Positions 31,473 through 42,720 are shown, numbered from the stretch's first letter. The stretch: 64,000 bases of DNA from Promethearchaeota archaeon (GCA_004524535.1 SDNY01000001.1:46354-110353); one strand, 5' to 3'. Notes: generated from the letters alone by a model not told the origin. Translations and numbers: made by a program.

Positions 31473-32780
31473 CTATATTTGTTCAATATTCCTTTGACCA
31501 GGAATAATTGAATTAGGTCCACTAGTGATATAAGCAATAATTGTTGCTACCCCTGCGGGAATAAATAATAATGGAACCCATGTCATTTCTATTATAATAA
31601 ATATAGACGCAATAGGATTATTGGTTGCTGCGCCTAATGCTGCTGAGATTCCCAGTAATACAAATAATTCAGGATTTTCTGGATAAAAAAACACCCCAAA
31701 AACGCCTCCAAGAATTGCCCCTAAGAACATCAGTGGCATTATTATACCTGCGCTATTCATAGTTCCAATAGATAAAATTATAGCAATTGTTATTATTAGT
31801 AATAATATTAAGAGAAAAGTCAATAGATTCAACCCTAAATTCTCAGTTAATATCGAAATAAAATTAAAATCAGGATGAGAGAGTTCTGAACGGTACCCAA
31901 CTTTAATAATTGGTATTGTAAGAAGAAGAAAAAGACCATAAGCACATCCTCCAATCAATGGTAAAATCCAGAGTCCTGGTTTTTTTTTTAATTTATTCCT
32001 TAATATGCTCGTTAATCCTCTTAAAAAATAAGTTAAGAATAAAATAAATATCCCAACAAAAACACCAAACGCGATTAAAAAGGGTAATAAAGAAATATAA
32101 TTCACTTTATCCGGGCTAATGGATGAAAGGTTTGTTTTTATTAGAGGACTAAATCCAAAGAATAAACAAAAAATGATATAACCTATTATAGCAGCAATAA
32201 TTGAGGGTATTAACGATTTATATCTTATATGATTATTATAAGGTAGTTCTGCACAAAATAATGCCCCACTTATCGGGGCTTTTAATATGGCTGCGGTGCA
32301 CGCGCTAGCACCTATAAAAGATGCATCCTCTTTATCTTGACCGAGCTTTTCTGAAAGTAGTGCTCCTAGATTAGCTCCAATTAATAAGCCAGGACCTTCC
32401 CTTCCACATATCATTCCAGACCCATAAGTCCATGATGTTGCAAAAGTTTTACCAAAGACTATCGATATTCTTTTGGAAGCATTTTCTTCTTCACTGGAAG
32501 TTACCTCTCTTATGAATTCTGGTGATCCCGTACCTAAAATCTCTTCTAAATTACCAAATTTAACCAATAAACTCGTTAATATTCCTGCCAAAATCGGAGC
32601 TAAAAAATATGGCAATAATGAAAATGTTATTTGAAAGAAAATTAAGAGATAGTTAAATAAAACCATAATAAATCCGCAAATCACACCCAAGATAATTGCT
32701 AATAGAAGAATCTGGATTAAATCCTTAGTCCAAGAAACAGTTCGTTCGATTTCTATTGAAATTGAAGTTTTTTTTGACAT
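31473..32780 (-). CDS. ClC-family chloride channel/transporter, no CBS domain
   Basis: GTGSPE, GREGP, APISGALFCAE, SAGIIMP, IIIEMT. Confidence 0.9.
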   Translation of the reverse strand: MSKKTSISIEIERTVSWTKDLIQILLLAIILGVICGFIMVLFNYLLIFFQITFSLLPYFLAPILAGILTSLLVKFGNLEEILGTGSPEFIREVTSSEEENASKRISIVFGKTFATSWTYGSGMICGREGPGLLIGANLGALLSEKLGQDKEDASFIGASACTAAILKAPISGALFCAELPYNNHIRYKSLIPSIIAAIIGYIIFCLFFGFSPLIKTNLSSISPDKVNYISLLPFLIAFGVFVGIFILFLTYFLRGLTSILRNKLKKKPGLWILPLIGGCAYGLFLLLTIPIIKVGYRSELSHPDFNFISILTENLGLNLLTFLLILLLIITIAIILSIGTMNSAGIIMPLMFLGAILGGVFGVFFYPENPELFVLLGISAALGAATNNPIASIFIIIEMTWVPLLFIPAGVATIIAYITSGPNSIIPGQRNIEQI

Positions 32781-32810
32781 AGGATATTTTTAAGAAGAAT
32801 TTTATATATT

Positions 32811-33368
32811 TTAAAATGTGTCTGTGAATCTTAAATTCTCAGAGTTATTGAATTTTAATAATTCATTAATTTTCTTCACAGCTTCCTCTGCTGTTTTTAC
32901 ACCATAAACCATATCTGATCTTCTGTCATCTACTTTTTTATTTGCCATCTCGGAAGACCAGCCTCCTACATCAGTCAAAGCAACAATAGGTTTCTGATAT
33001 ATCCAAGCAAGAGCGATTTCTGTCAATGTACCCGCTTTTCCCGCAATAGCTATGCAAGCGTCTCCACTAAGAACGACTACTAAATTTCTCGCTTGAGAAA
33101 AGGGTACGGGAATAGCAATATCAACATATTTGTTTGCAGCACTTTTTTCCTTAGAAGGTACAATTCCAATAGTTAATCCGCCTTCTTGTTTGGCACCTTT
33201 ACACACTGCTTCCATTACTCCTGAAAGACCTCCACAAGAAATAGCATATCCGTTTTTCGCTAATAGTCTCCCTATTTCAATTGTTTTTTTTTCTGTATCA
33301 CTATCAATATCGCTAGCCCCAATAACTGAGATAACACCTCGACAATCTTTTTTAAAGTCGAATTTCAT
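32811..33368 (-). CDS. LOG-like Rossmann-fold protein (TIGR00725 type)
   Basis: CGGLSGVMEAVCKGA, ARN, AGTLTEIA. Confidence 0.85.
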   Translation of the reverse strand: MKFDFKKDCRGVISVIGASDIDSDTEKKTIEIGRLLAKNGYAISCGGLSGVMEAVCKGAKQEGGLTIGIVPSKEKSAANKYVDIAIPVPFSQARNLVVVLSGDACIAIAGKAGTLTEIALAWIYQKPIVALTDVGGWSSEMANKKVDDRRSDMVYGVKTAEEAVKKINELLKFNNSENLRFTDTF

Positions 33369-33375
33369 AGAAGAA

Positions 33376-34389
33376 TTATCCCCTTTTTTTAACTATATTA
33401 ATCAAATCATTCAATATAGCTGATGCCGCTTCAGGTCCACCCGCCCCTCTTCCCATCAGAACGATTGGTCCTGCATATTTTGTCTGTAATTCCATTACAT
33501 TAAGTGTTCCCGAGATATTTAAAGGTGAATCTCTTTCAATTAACCTTGGCTCTACGATCAATTCATCTTCATCAACTATAGCTAAATGTTTAATTATAAG
33601 ACCATCACTTTTGGCCAACTCTATGGTTTGTGGTGTTATTTTAGAGATCCCTTTAATTTTTACATCTTTAATGGTTTTTCTCCAACCAAGTAACTTATTA
33701 GCTAATATCACCAATTTTCCAGCAGCATCGAAACCTTCAATATCCAGAGTTGGATCTGTCTCAGCGATTCCTAATTCTTGAGCTTCCTTTAAAGCTTTGG
33801 AAAATGTGATTCCCTCAGCAGCCATTCGACTAAGAATGTAGTTACATGTCCCATTTAATATTGCCTTGATCCGAGTAATTTGATTTCCTATAAGACAATC
33901 AGCGATTGATAAAGCGGGCACAACACTAGCAACTGACGCTTCATATTTAACAATTAAATTATTATTTTTTGCTAAATCCTCAATTTGTTGATATTTTAAA
34001 TAAAATGGCCCTTTATTTGAAGAAACAACGTTTATTCCATTATTTAAAGCCTCCATAATATGTGATAATGCTGGTTCTCCAGTATTAGGATTGGTTGGTG
34101 TGGCTTCAACACAGATATTTATATCCAATTTTTTATATAAATCCGTAGGTTTGGAATCAACTTTCCAATAAGGAAGTTCCCTAAATCTTTCTCCTTTACT
34201 TAGAACTTCTTCTAAATTAATTCCATCTTCATTTATTAATGCTCCATCATATTCCACGATTGCAACCATTTTAATATTTAAATTAAATTTTTCGTTCAGA
34301 ATTTCACTCTTTTCTTTTAATAATTCAATTAAACTCGTTCCAACGTTGCCCTTTCCAATCAAACAAATTTTAATATCCATTTTATTCAC
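33376..34389 (-). CDS. hom: Homoserine dehydrogenase
   Basis: GKGNVG, SNKGP, YEASV, LNGTCNYIL, DPTLDIEGFDAAGK, GRGAG. Confidence 0.95.
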   Translation of the reverse strand: MNKMDIKICLIGKGNVGTSLIELLKEKSEILNEKFNLNIKMVAIVEYDGALINEDGINLEEVLSKGERFRELPYWKVDSKPTDLYKKLDINICVEATPTNPNTGEPALSHIMEALNNGINVVSSNKGPFYLKYQQIEDLAKNNNLIVKYEASVASVVPALSIADCLIGNQITRIKAILNGTCNYILSRMAAEGITFSKALKEAQELGIAETDPTLDIEGFDAAGKLVILANKLLGWRKTIKDVKIKGISKITPQTIELAKSDGLIIKHLAIVDEDELIVEPRLIERDSPLNISGTLNVMELQTKYAGPIVLMGRGAGGPEAASAILNDLINIVKKRG

Positions 34390-34641
34390 AGATTACTAAA
34401 AAAATTATCAAATATATTTTCTATTTGAATATTACATAAAAATTTATGCTACTATTAAACTTTAATAGAAAATTGAAATTTTATTATCATTCAATAATTA
34501 ATAATTTGGTTATGAAATATTATTAAGATTTATTTTATATTCTATTGGTAGCCATAAGATATCATATATCTGTTCTAAGATAATAGATAGAAATGAAAAA
34601 AATGAAAAATTTATAATTCATTGATTTTAAGGATTTAACTC

Positions 34642-36297
34642 TTATTGAATGAAATAATAAAGGAAGATTTCTCTTACAAAATTAAAAATTGGTTTAAAAA
34701 ATTTAAAAAATAGATTAATAATGATTAAGTATATTACCATAAAAATCGCAAAAATATATATAACATAATTAAATAATGAGTCATCTTCAATGTTAACGAC
34801 CATTCTATTACTATCGAATATTAAAATCCCTATTAAAAAGCAAGATATCGGAGCTATATGTAAAAGCATTCTATCATATGATGTACTTACGTGAAACTTG
34901 ACTGGTAACGGTGTTATTATATATACATAGATATAAACTAAGAAGTGAATGAAAACTAAAAGAAAAAGGAAAAAATTATCCTCTTTAAATAGCACATTGT
35001 AGTTAAGGATTATTAAAAAGACTATAACAATCCAAAAAAAAATACCCCAATTATACGGTTGAATAATTAATATAAATCCCCATATTGAAATATTTGAAAT
35101 TCTTCTTAGAGTTCCTCGAAAATACAAAATAATCAAAACACGACCGAGATACATAGATGGATATCTATTTAAAATAACAAACAATAACCATGGTAAAAAA
35201 ATTATGAAACCTAAAATAAAAGAACTCAAAAAATTCTTAAGAACATCATTTGGGATAATCATGTTCTTTCGATATTGAAACAAAAAATATAAGGTTAGTA
35301 TCAGGATATTAACGAAAAAGAGATAATATCCTTCTTGTTTTGTCCATGCCATTAATCCCATAAATATGGATGAATAGATTAGATAATATTGCTTCTTAGT
35401 TTTAAAATAGAAAAATATGAAAATTGTACTAATAGTATAAAAAAAAGTAAACGGAATATCGGCATATACGCATTTTGCCATTTTAAAGGTTTCTCCAACG
35501 ATGGCGAATAATGTAGTAATTAGTATAGAGTATGTTCGACTTAACTTGAAAGATCTCAAGGAATAGTATAGGAATATAAGTAAGGAAATGAAATAAAAAA
35601 GAGTTAGAATTTTAGCAAAATGATATTCAGTAAGATAAAGAGAATAAAAGAAACATAAATTTAAAGGAACTAATAATGGATAATTTTGTCTATCCAATTT
35701 ATTTAAAAATTTAAAATCCCCTCCATTAAAAAGTTTTTTGGCTCTTAGATTCCATATAAACACTTCATCCCAACCCCTAAAGGGATATATAAACCAATGG
35801 GAACTAAGATAAATTAACTCAATTATTAATAGGAAAATGCAAAAATATTCTATTTTATTAAATCTTTGACGTTTTATTGTTTTCACAATCTCATTTATAT
35901 CCCCTTTCAAATTAATATAGATTTTAAAGAATATCAATAAAAATATCGATAGAATCAATATAGGTAAAAATGATAATCTTGAATGAAGCCCCATTAAAAT
36001 ACTGAGAAACATTGATAAACAAAGGAATCCAGTTCCTAAGCCATAACTAAGAGCACATTTCACTAATGGAGGAAATTCATTATTACTAGGAAGAAAATAT
36101 AGTACAGTGTATCCAATAAAAAAAATTATTATTAGGCCTAAAATAGTAGTAGATATGAACCATAGATATTCCAAAAATGTTAAAGGATCTAAATTATAAA
36201 AGCGTGGCTTAAAAATGTAAAATGTAAAGATCGCACATAATGTTGTTGTCCCTAATAAAAAAAAAAATATTAGACGGGGGATAGAATATTCTTTCAT
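34642..36297 (-). CDS. GT-C-fold membrane glycosyltransferase (ArnT/PMT-like)
   Basis: Many TM segments; first-loop GWDEVFIW, NYPLLVP, YADIP, WTKQEG. Confidence 0.75.
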   Translation of the reverse strand: MKEYSIPRLIFFFLLGTTTLCAIFTFYIFKPRFYNLDPLTFLEYLWFISTTILGLIIIFFIGYTVLYFLPSNNEFPPLVKCALSYGLGTGFLCLSMFLSILMGLHSRLSFLPILILSIFLLIFFKIYINLKGDINEIVKTIKRQRFNKIEYFCIFLLIIELIYLSSHWFIYPFRGWDEVFIWNLRAKKLFNGGDFKFLNKLDRQNYPLLVPLNLCFFYSLYLTEYHFAKILTLFYFISLLIFLYYSLRSFKLSRTYSILITTLFAIVGETFKMAKCVYADIPFTFFYTISTIFIFFYFKTKKQYYLIYSSIFMGLMAWTKQEGYYLFFVNILILTLYFLFQYRKNMIIPNDVLKNFLSSFILGFIIFLPWLLFVILNRYPSMYLGRVLIILYFRGTLRRISNISIWGFILIIQPYNWGIFFWIVIVFLIILNYNVLFKEDNFFLFLLVFIHFLVYIYVYIITPLPVKFHVSTSYDRMLLHIAPISCFLIGILIFDSNRMVVNIEDDSLFNYVIYIFAIFMVIYLIIINLFFKFFKPIFNFVREIFLYYFIQ

Positions 36298-36411
36298 TTC
36301 AATAGAAATCCATTAATATAACGTAAAAATATAATTTCATTGGTTATTATTTCAAATAATAAATATGTTATTATCATTTAAAAATTAATATTTTTAAAAG
36401 ATTCCTATACT

Positions 36412-36546
36412 TTAATTTTGTGTCCAGCGTAAGTGTTTTGGGATTCTCTTGCCACATTCGGGGCAAAACTGCAATTCTTTCTCAATAAGCTCTTTACATT
36501 GAGGGCATTTGATTTTTCCTTCAGGGTTTTTGCTCTTTTTAGGCAT
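36412..36546 (-). CDS. Small double zinc-ribbon protein (44 aa)
   Basis: Hand translation MPKKSKNPEGKIKCPQCKELIEKELQFCPECGKRIPKHLRWTQN*. Confidence 0.7.
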   Translation of the reverse strand: MPKKSKNPEGKIKCPQCKELIEKELQFCPECGKRIPKHLRWTQN

Positions 36547-36581
36547 TTTTGATAGGATATTATTATAATATTTTTAATAAA

Positions 36582-37085
36582 TTATGCTCTAATTAAAGAT
36601 AGATTCTTTTCTTCACATATCTTTTTAAGTTCTTCTATGAATTCTTTTTCTTCAATTGTTTCTGGGACTTCAAATTTAAACTTAACATTGCTAACTTCTT
36701 CAAGTTCCGTAAATTTAGCTTGTAATTCTTTGGTTTTAATCCCTTTAGCCGCCAATCTTTTAATCGTATCAAGAACATCTGTATCAAATACATGTCCAGT
36801 TATTATTATAACAAAATGCCTCTTTTTCGCACCGAAAGTTATTTTGTCAATTGGAATGTTCTTTTCGAAGAGTTCTTTTTGAATTTTCTCCAAGCTGATA
36901 TCTTTTAATTCTTCGTTCAAATCAAAAGTTATTTCGACAGGAATCATATTATTTATTTTCTTGTCATGATAGTGAAGTATAGAATAGATATTCCCGCCGT
37001 TATCTGAAATTGGGGAAATCAACTCAACCAGAGTACCAGGCGTATCAGGCAATTTTACTACTATATTTACTTCTAAATTTGTCAT
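36582..37085 (-). CDS. ACT-domain protein (archaeal homoserine-dehydrogenase-associated regulatory subunit type)
   Basis: LPDTPGTLVELISPISDNGGNIYSILH, IITGHVFDTD. Confidence 0.75.
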   Translation of the reverse strand: MTNLEVNIVVKLPDTPGTLVELISPISDNGGNIYSILHYHDKKINNMIPVEITFDLNEELKDISLEKIQKELFEKNIPIDKITFGAKKRHFVIIITGHVFDTDVLDTIKRLAAKGIKTKELQAKFTELEEVSNVKFKFEVPETIEEKEFIEELKKICEEKNLSLIRA

Positions 37086-37106
37086 TTTTAATAAACCAAT
37101 TAAAAT

Positions 37107-38063
37107 CTAAAATTTAATTACATCTACTTTATCTTTACCATCATTTATTTTTAGAATCTTTTGTTTAATAATTTTTCCAATAACATTAGCCTCTAAACCG
37201 TATTTTTTAAAAACTTTAATTATCGATTCAGTATTATTATCTGAAGCTGTTAATATAAAAGAGGTTGTTAAATACATTTTAATATACATTTCTAATGTAT
37301 AATTAAGCCCTTTTAATTGAGGAGGTATTATAATTTTATTTACATTCACATCTGCACCAACATTAGAATAATTTGATAGTTGGAGAATAGTTCCAAAAAT
37401 TCCCCCATTTGAAATATCTTTAGATGCATTTGCGAGGTGTTTTTCAGCTATTATATTCATAGATTTTCTTTTCATTAATATATCTTCAGAATTTTTGAAA
37501 GTCACTGTATCAAAATAGAGTTTGCTTGCTTTTCCTATTCTTCCGTCAAAATCAACAGCTAATATTATATTATCGTTAATCTGAGCATTTATTGCCGATA
37601 TATAATTATTTTTATCAATCTCTCCAATCATAGTGGAACTAAGCTCATAACAAATTCCATTTGGATTAGTGTGCCCCCTGATTATTGGAACATGAAATTT
37701 TTTAGAAGCTTCACATATACCTTCTAAAATAATTTTGCATGTATCAATGTTCTTAACTGAGATGATTAAACTTGCGGCAATAGGAATCCCTCCACAGGCG
37801 TAAATATCATCTACACTAACTAATATTGAACTAAATCCGGCCCCAAAAGGAAACTTCTCAATAAAGCCAGTTTTTATTCTATCTGTTGTAACTAATATAT
37901 ATCTATCATTATCTTTTATAGCAGCTGAATCTTGACCTATATCTGAAAAAATTCGAGAACTTTTAAATGAATTATAATCGATATATTGAACTATAGGGCT
38001 AATCGCTATTTTTTCTATTATATTTTCGTTTTTTCTTATGCTTTCAGCTATTTTTTTTAACAT
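37107..38063 (-). CDS. AIR-synthase-related (PurM-like) ATP-binding protein, sll0787/methanogenesis marker 2 type
   Basis: GQDSAAI, VSVDDIYACGG, RGHTN, KDISNGG. Confidence 0.75.
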   Translation of the reverse strand: MLKKIAESIRKNENIIEKIAISPIVQYIDYNSFKSSRIFSDIGQDSAAIKDNDRYILVTTDRIKTGFIEKFPFGAGFSSILVSVDDIYACGGIPIAASLIISVKNIDTCKIILEGICEASKKFHVPIIRGHTNPNGICYELSSTMIGEIDKNNYISAINAQINDNIILAVDFDGRIGKASKLYFDTVTFKNSEDILMKRKSMNIIAEKHLANASKDISNGGIFGTILQLSNYSNVGADVNVNKIIIPPQLKGLNYTLEMYIKMYLTTSFILTASDNNTESIIKVFKKYGLEANVIGKIIKQKILKINDGKDKVDVIKF

Positions 38064-38437
38064 CTAAGTTTCTTATATAAAGCTATTAATAATTATTTTA
38101 CCTAAAATTATGATAAGAGATTGGAAATTGATCTTTAAAAAAATAATTAGATGAAATTTTATAGAAATCAATCCTTTATTTTCTTTTTTTACGAAAAAAC
38201 CACGTTGTAAAAGTTTTTTAAAATGGTATTATGTTTTAACTCTTTTCTTTCCTAACCTTTTTATTATTTCTTGATAATTTTTAATAAGATTATCTCTAAT
38301 ATCGCCCTTTTAATTTAGAAATCATATATAATAATAGATATTAAAAATGTATTAATTTCTATTATATATAACTAAAGATTTTTTTATTTAATAAATATAA
38401 AAAAAAAAAATATAAAAGTTAAAATTTTGAAAAATTA

Positions 38438-38638
38438 GTGAAAATTATGGAGACTAAAACTTTAATTATGATGTTATTCAATGTTGCTTTAATTTTGGCT
38501 GTTGCTGGAATCATTACAACCATAGCTCGAATTTTTATAATCTATAAACCAATAATTTTTCTTTATGTTCCAATAATCCTTATCGCACTTGGTTTACTTT
38601 TACAGATATATTTGAAAGAGAAAGAATTAACAGATTAA
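38438..38638 (+). CDS. Small two-TM membrane protein
   Basis: 66-aa ORF with two hydrophobic helices. Confidence 0.55.
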   Translation: MKIMETKTLIMMLFNVALILAVAGIITTIARIFIIYKPIIFLYVPIILIALGLLLQIYLKEKELTD

Positions 38639-38780
38639 ATACTTTTCAATTTTTTTTTTTACTTATTTCCAGAAACTTAAATCTTTATTTAAGAGCTCTA
38701 AAAAAGATTGAATTGATCTTAATCTAAAATTTTTTAGATTCTTTCAACATTTACTATTAACCTTAGCATTAATTATTTTC

Positions 38781-39683
38781 TTAAAAGATTAACTTCATTG
38801 GTGTTTTTTCCGATATTTTTTCTCTTAATATTCTCTTACGGTAATAAGAATTTATTCCTGAGATTAATGCGATTGAAGGAACAACACATTTTGCGTATTT
38901 CACACCACCAAATAATATAAAATCACTACCTGCATCTGCACAATATGTCATAAGAGAAGCAATTGCTCCACATCGAGAACTAATTCCAAACTTTTTGACA
39001 AACTCCCACCCATATATTGCATTAGAAGGAGCAAATCCTGTAGGTAGACCTAATTCACTTTTAACTAGTCGTGTGGTTTCCACATTTATACAAATTGAAG
39101 GCAAGTCCAACACTGCCGCATCCACAATAATATTTTCAATTTGTGCTTTTTGAGACATAGGAATTAATTTTTCATTAAGTAGTTTTAATTTTTGTTCAGG
39201 AAAGATATATCTATTGCCGAAGGCTAAAAGAACAGCGTTTCTCACTCCAATATTTTTTAATTTATCTAAATTTTCATCGCTCGTGTTATCATCAATACTA
39301 TTTAATATAGCCCTGGCTAATAATCCGATTTCTTTTAATCCTTCCATTGCTGGGATCCGAATACTATCATTTAATCCATCAACTAAAAATGGACAATCTA
39401 CTATATCAGCAATGTATTCACATTGTTTTATAAGTGCTTCAGGATGCGCTCCTACAACATCAATAATCGCCTGCATCCCTGTTTCTTCTATAATTGTTAA
39501 AAACTCGTTTAATTCTTGTTCTACTATATTTTTATCGATTCTCCCTGCCTTTTCATCTAATAGAGCTTTATGATTTTTATAAAAGACAGATCCAATCAAA
39601 ACTATTGGATTTTCACCGGGTTGTCCTCCGATTTTAACATTTCCAATTTCTACTACTTTTTGGTTTTTTTCAAATTTTAGCAT
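38781..39683 (-). CDS. mtrH: MtrH-family methyltransferase (tetrahydromethanopterin S-methyltransferase subunit H-like)
   Basis: KIGGQPGENPIVLIGSVFY, PFLVD, ILNSI, GLPTGFAPSNA, DFILFG. Confidence 0.85.
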   Translation of the reverse strand: MLKFEKNQKVVEIGNVKIGGQPGENPIVLIGSVFYKNHKALLDEKAGRIDKNIVEQELNEFLTIIEETGMQAIIDVVGAHPEALIKQCEYIADIVDCPFLVDGLNDSIRIPAMEGLKEIGLLARAILNSIDDNTSDENLDKLKNIGVRNAVLLAFGNRYIFPEQKLKLLNEKLIPMSQKAQIENIIVDAAVLDLPSICINVETTRLVKSELGLPTGFAPSNAIYGWEFVKKFGISSRCGAIASLMTYCADAGSDFILFGGVKYAKCVVPSIALISGINSYYRKRILREKISEKTPMKLIF

Positions 39684-39789
39684 AAACTAGTAAAGAATAT
39701 CAAAAATAAAAGATATACTCTAAATTTGAGTTTGAAATAATTCTCAGGAAAACTTCCCAGTAAAGTGGAAAAATCTGGTAATAAGAAAA

Positions 39790-41115
39790 TTAACTTTTTG
39801 TTTCAACAATATAATAATCTTTATCAAAATGTAGTTTTAACAAACAAATTCCAAGTAATACAGTAAAAATTAGATAACCAATACCCCCACCAAACAAATT
39901 AGGATAATTTGGATTCAATAATTCTATTCTGGTATCAAATGTTAAATAAATGCCTAAAATGGAAATTAATCCAATGAGTACGTATTTATTTTTTTTAATA
40001 AAATCTCTTCCTATTATATCTTGATAAAAGAAAGGTATAAAAAATAAAACAGTTAGGGGTAATAGAATTATTATAGTTTTATAAGCCAAGTGATTTAAGA
40101 ATATGAAAGCAATCGCAAAATAACTGAATTTTTCGTGTATCTTCAATTTTTTAGTTATTATTAAGAATCCTATGATTTCGTACATAAAAATCATGAGTAT
40201 AAGGTTTACTAAATATTTAGCTAAGCGCGGAATAATAAAAATCTCATCTATGAAAATTAAATAATAACACACTGAGTTTAATTGTACCCATTGAAAAAAT
40301 CTAAAAACTTTGTAATAATCAAAAATAAGTTCTGGATAAATAAAAAACAGAAAATTTTGAGCTAGAAGAATTATTGCTACTAATCCATAGGTCTCAAGAT
40401 TTTCTTTCTTTAATAATTCGCCAAGAGTGATATCGTGAAATATAAAGATTAATAACAAAAAAATAAAATAAGGGATCATCGAAACAATCAGACCAAAAAG
40501 AAAATAAGTAATAAATTTATATTTGATATCTTTCTCTTTTTCTTCTTTTTTGTATTGAATTTCTCTTCTAAGGATAAATAATAATATTGTCCCTGCCAAG
40601 AATTTTGATTGATTTGTCAAAAACTGAAAATATATGAGAAATCCATTTGAAATTACCATGAGAAACAAAAATCTATGAATTTTTTCTTTAACACCTAATA
40701 ATTTTAAGATTTTATTGAATTCTAATACGAATAAAACTGCAAAAATATAATTTAAACTATACCAGATAAAGTAAGAGATACTATAAGGCAATAATGATAA
40801 GGATATTGCCCAAAGCATAAGGAAAAATGGTAAATATGTATTTAGAAGCCAAAATTCATTTTTTTCTTCGTAAACTCTATTTGGGTCAATTAAAAGCTGT
40901 CTTCCAGATCGATAATAAGTCCAGGAATCAGAATAATATAAATATGGGAAATGGTTCACTACAATTAAAAAATGTATTGCCCATGTGCCAATACATATCA
41001 ACGGAATAATAATATAAAGGATTTCGTTATTTTTCTTTTTTCTAAGGTATAAAAACAAGCATATAAGGAAAAATATTAATGAAAACCATATAATTGATAA
41101 AAAAAGAAATAGCAA
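39790..41115 (-). CDS. GT87/DUF2029-like GT-C glycosyltransferase, copy 1 (ends VETKS)
   Basis: SDSWTYYRSG...Y...YLPFF...LLPY...IW, NQSK; polytopic; TTG start. Confidence 0.7.
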   Translation of the reverse strand: MLFLFLSIIWFSLIFFLICLFLYLRKKKNNEILYIIIPLICIGTWAIHFLIVVNHFPYLYYSDSWTYYRSGRQLLIDPNRVYEEKNEFWLLNTYLPFFLMLWAISLSLLPYSISYFIWYSLNYIFAVLFVLEFNKILKLLGVKEKIHRFLFLMVISNGFLIYFQFLTNQSKFLAGTILLFILRREIQYKKEEKEKDIKYKFITYFLFGLIVSMIPYFIFLLLIFIFHDITLGELLKKENLETYGLVAIILLAQNFLFFIYPELIFDYYKVFRFFQWVQLNSVCYYLIFIDEIFIIPRLAKYLVNLILMIFMYEIIGFLIITKKLKIHEKFSYFAIAFIFLNHLAYKTIIILLPLTVLFFIPFFYQDIIGRDFIKKNKYVLIGLISILGIYLTFDTRIELLNPNYPNLFGGGIGYLIFTVLLGICLLKLHFDKDYYIVETKS

Positions 41116-41247
41116 GGCTCATTCTCACTTTCTTTATTTCACTATTTAATGATAAAATTAATCTTTCTTTAAAAATATTGATATGAACGTCTATAATTAA
41201 TGAAATTGAAGCTTAATATATTTCTAGTTTAATTCTCTTCAGAATCA

Positions 41248-42588
41248 CTATCCATCTTCCGTTTTTCTTTCAACAATATAAAAATCTTTGTCTAAATGTA
41301 GTTTTAACAAACAAATTCCCAGTAATACGGTAAAAATTAGATAACCAGCACTCCCACCAAATATATTAGGATATAATGGATTTTCTACAGGATTAAATGG
41401 ATTTACTACATTTACAGATAGATAAATACCTAAAACGGATAATAATCCAATCAGTATGTATTTATTTTTTTTAAAAAAATCTCTTCCTCTTACATCTTGA
41501 TGGAAGTAAGGAATAAAAAGTAAAAGAGTTAGGGGTAATAAAATTATTAAAGTTTTATCAGCTAAGCTATATAAAAATATGAAAGAAATTGCAAAATAGC
41601 TGAATTTTTCGTGTATCTTCAATTTTTTAGTTATTATTAAGAATCCTATGATTTCGCCCAAAATAATGAGAAGTATAAGGGAGACTATAAATTGAGTCAT
41701 GTTTGGAATAATAAAAATCTCATTTATAATAATTAAATAATAATGCACTAATCTAAATTGTAAAATTTGATAAAATTTTAAAACTTCGAAATAATCTAAA
41801 ATAAGTCCTGGATAAATAAAAAACAAAAAATTTTGAGATAAAAAAATTACTGCGACTAATCCATAGGTTTTAAGATTTTCTTTCTTAAATAATTCGCCAA
41901 AAGGAATATCGTGAAACATAAAGATTAATAACAAAAAAATAAAATAGGGGGCCATCGTTACAATCATACAAAAAAGAAAATAAGTAATAAACTTATATTT
42001 GAAATCTTTCTCTTTTTCTTCTTTGTTGTATTGAATTTCTCTTCTAAGGATAAATAATAATATTGCCCCTACCAAGAATTTTGATTGATTTAAAGCAAAC
42101 TGGTGAAATATAAGAAATCCATTTGAAATTACCATTAGAAACAAAAATCTATGCATTTTTTCTCTAATCCCTAATAATTTTAAGATTTTATTGAATTCTA
42201 ATACGAGTAAAATCGCAAAAATATAATTTAGACCATACCAAATTAAGTAAGATATATTATAAGGTAATAATGATAGAGATATTGCCCAAAGCATAAGAAA
42301 AAATGGTAAATATATCACCCCCCAATAACCATAATCTTTTTTATAAAAGCTATTTGGGTTAATTAAAAGCTGTCTCCCAGAGTAATAGTAAATCCCAAAA
42401 TCCCAAAAAGGAATTTCTTGGTTAATGGTTACTAAAGTTAAGCAATATAGAGCCCATATGCCAATACATATCAACGGAATAATAATATAAAGGATTTCAT
42501 AATTTTTCTTTTTTCTAAGGTATAAAAACAAGCATATGAGGAAAAATATTAACGATAGCCATATAATTGATAAAAACCAAATTAGCAA
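41248..42588 (-). CDS. GT87-like glycosyltransferase, copy 2
   Basis: WDFGIYYYSG, YLPFF, FALNQSK. Confidence 0.7.
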   Translation of the reverse strand: MLIWFLSIIWLSLIFFLICLFLYLRKKKNYEILYIIIPLICIGIWALYCLTLVTINQEIPFWDFGIYYYSGRQLLINPNSFYKKDYGYWGVIYLPFFLMLWAISLSLLPYNISYLIWYGLNYIFAILLVLEFNKILKLLGIREKMHRFLFLMVISNGFLIFHQFALNQSKFLVGAILLFILRREIQYNKEEKEKDFKYKFITYFLFCMIVTMAPYFIFLLLIFMFHDIPFGELFKKENLKTYGLVAVIFLSQNFLFFIYPGLILDYFEVLKFYQILQFRLVHYYLIIINEIFIIPNMTQFIVSLILLIILGEIIGFLIITKKLKIHEKFSYFAISFIFLYSLADKTLIILLPLTLLLFIPYFHQDVRGRDFFKKNKYILIGLLSVLGIYLSVNVVNPFNPVENPLYPNIFGGSAGYLIFTVLLGICLLKLHLDKDFYIVERKTEDG

Positions 42589-42720
42589 GACTCTATCTCA
42601 CTTTCTTTATTTCACTATTTAATGATAAAATTAATCTTTCTTTAAAAATATTGATATGAACGTCTATAATTAATGAAATTGAAGCTTAATATATTTCTAG
42701 TTTAATTCTCTTCAGAATCA

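Noticed and set aside
38064-38437. ncRNA or mobile-element end in the long AT-rich gap
   Set aside because: No GC-rich stem, tRNA motif or convincing terminal repeat is visible.
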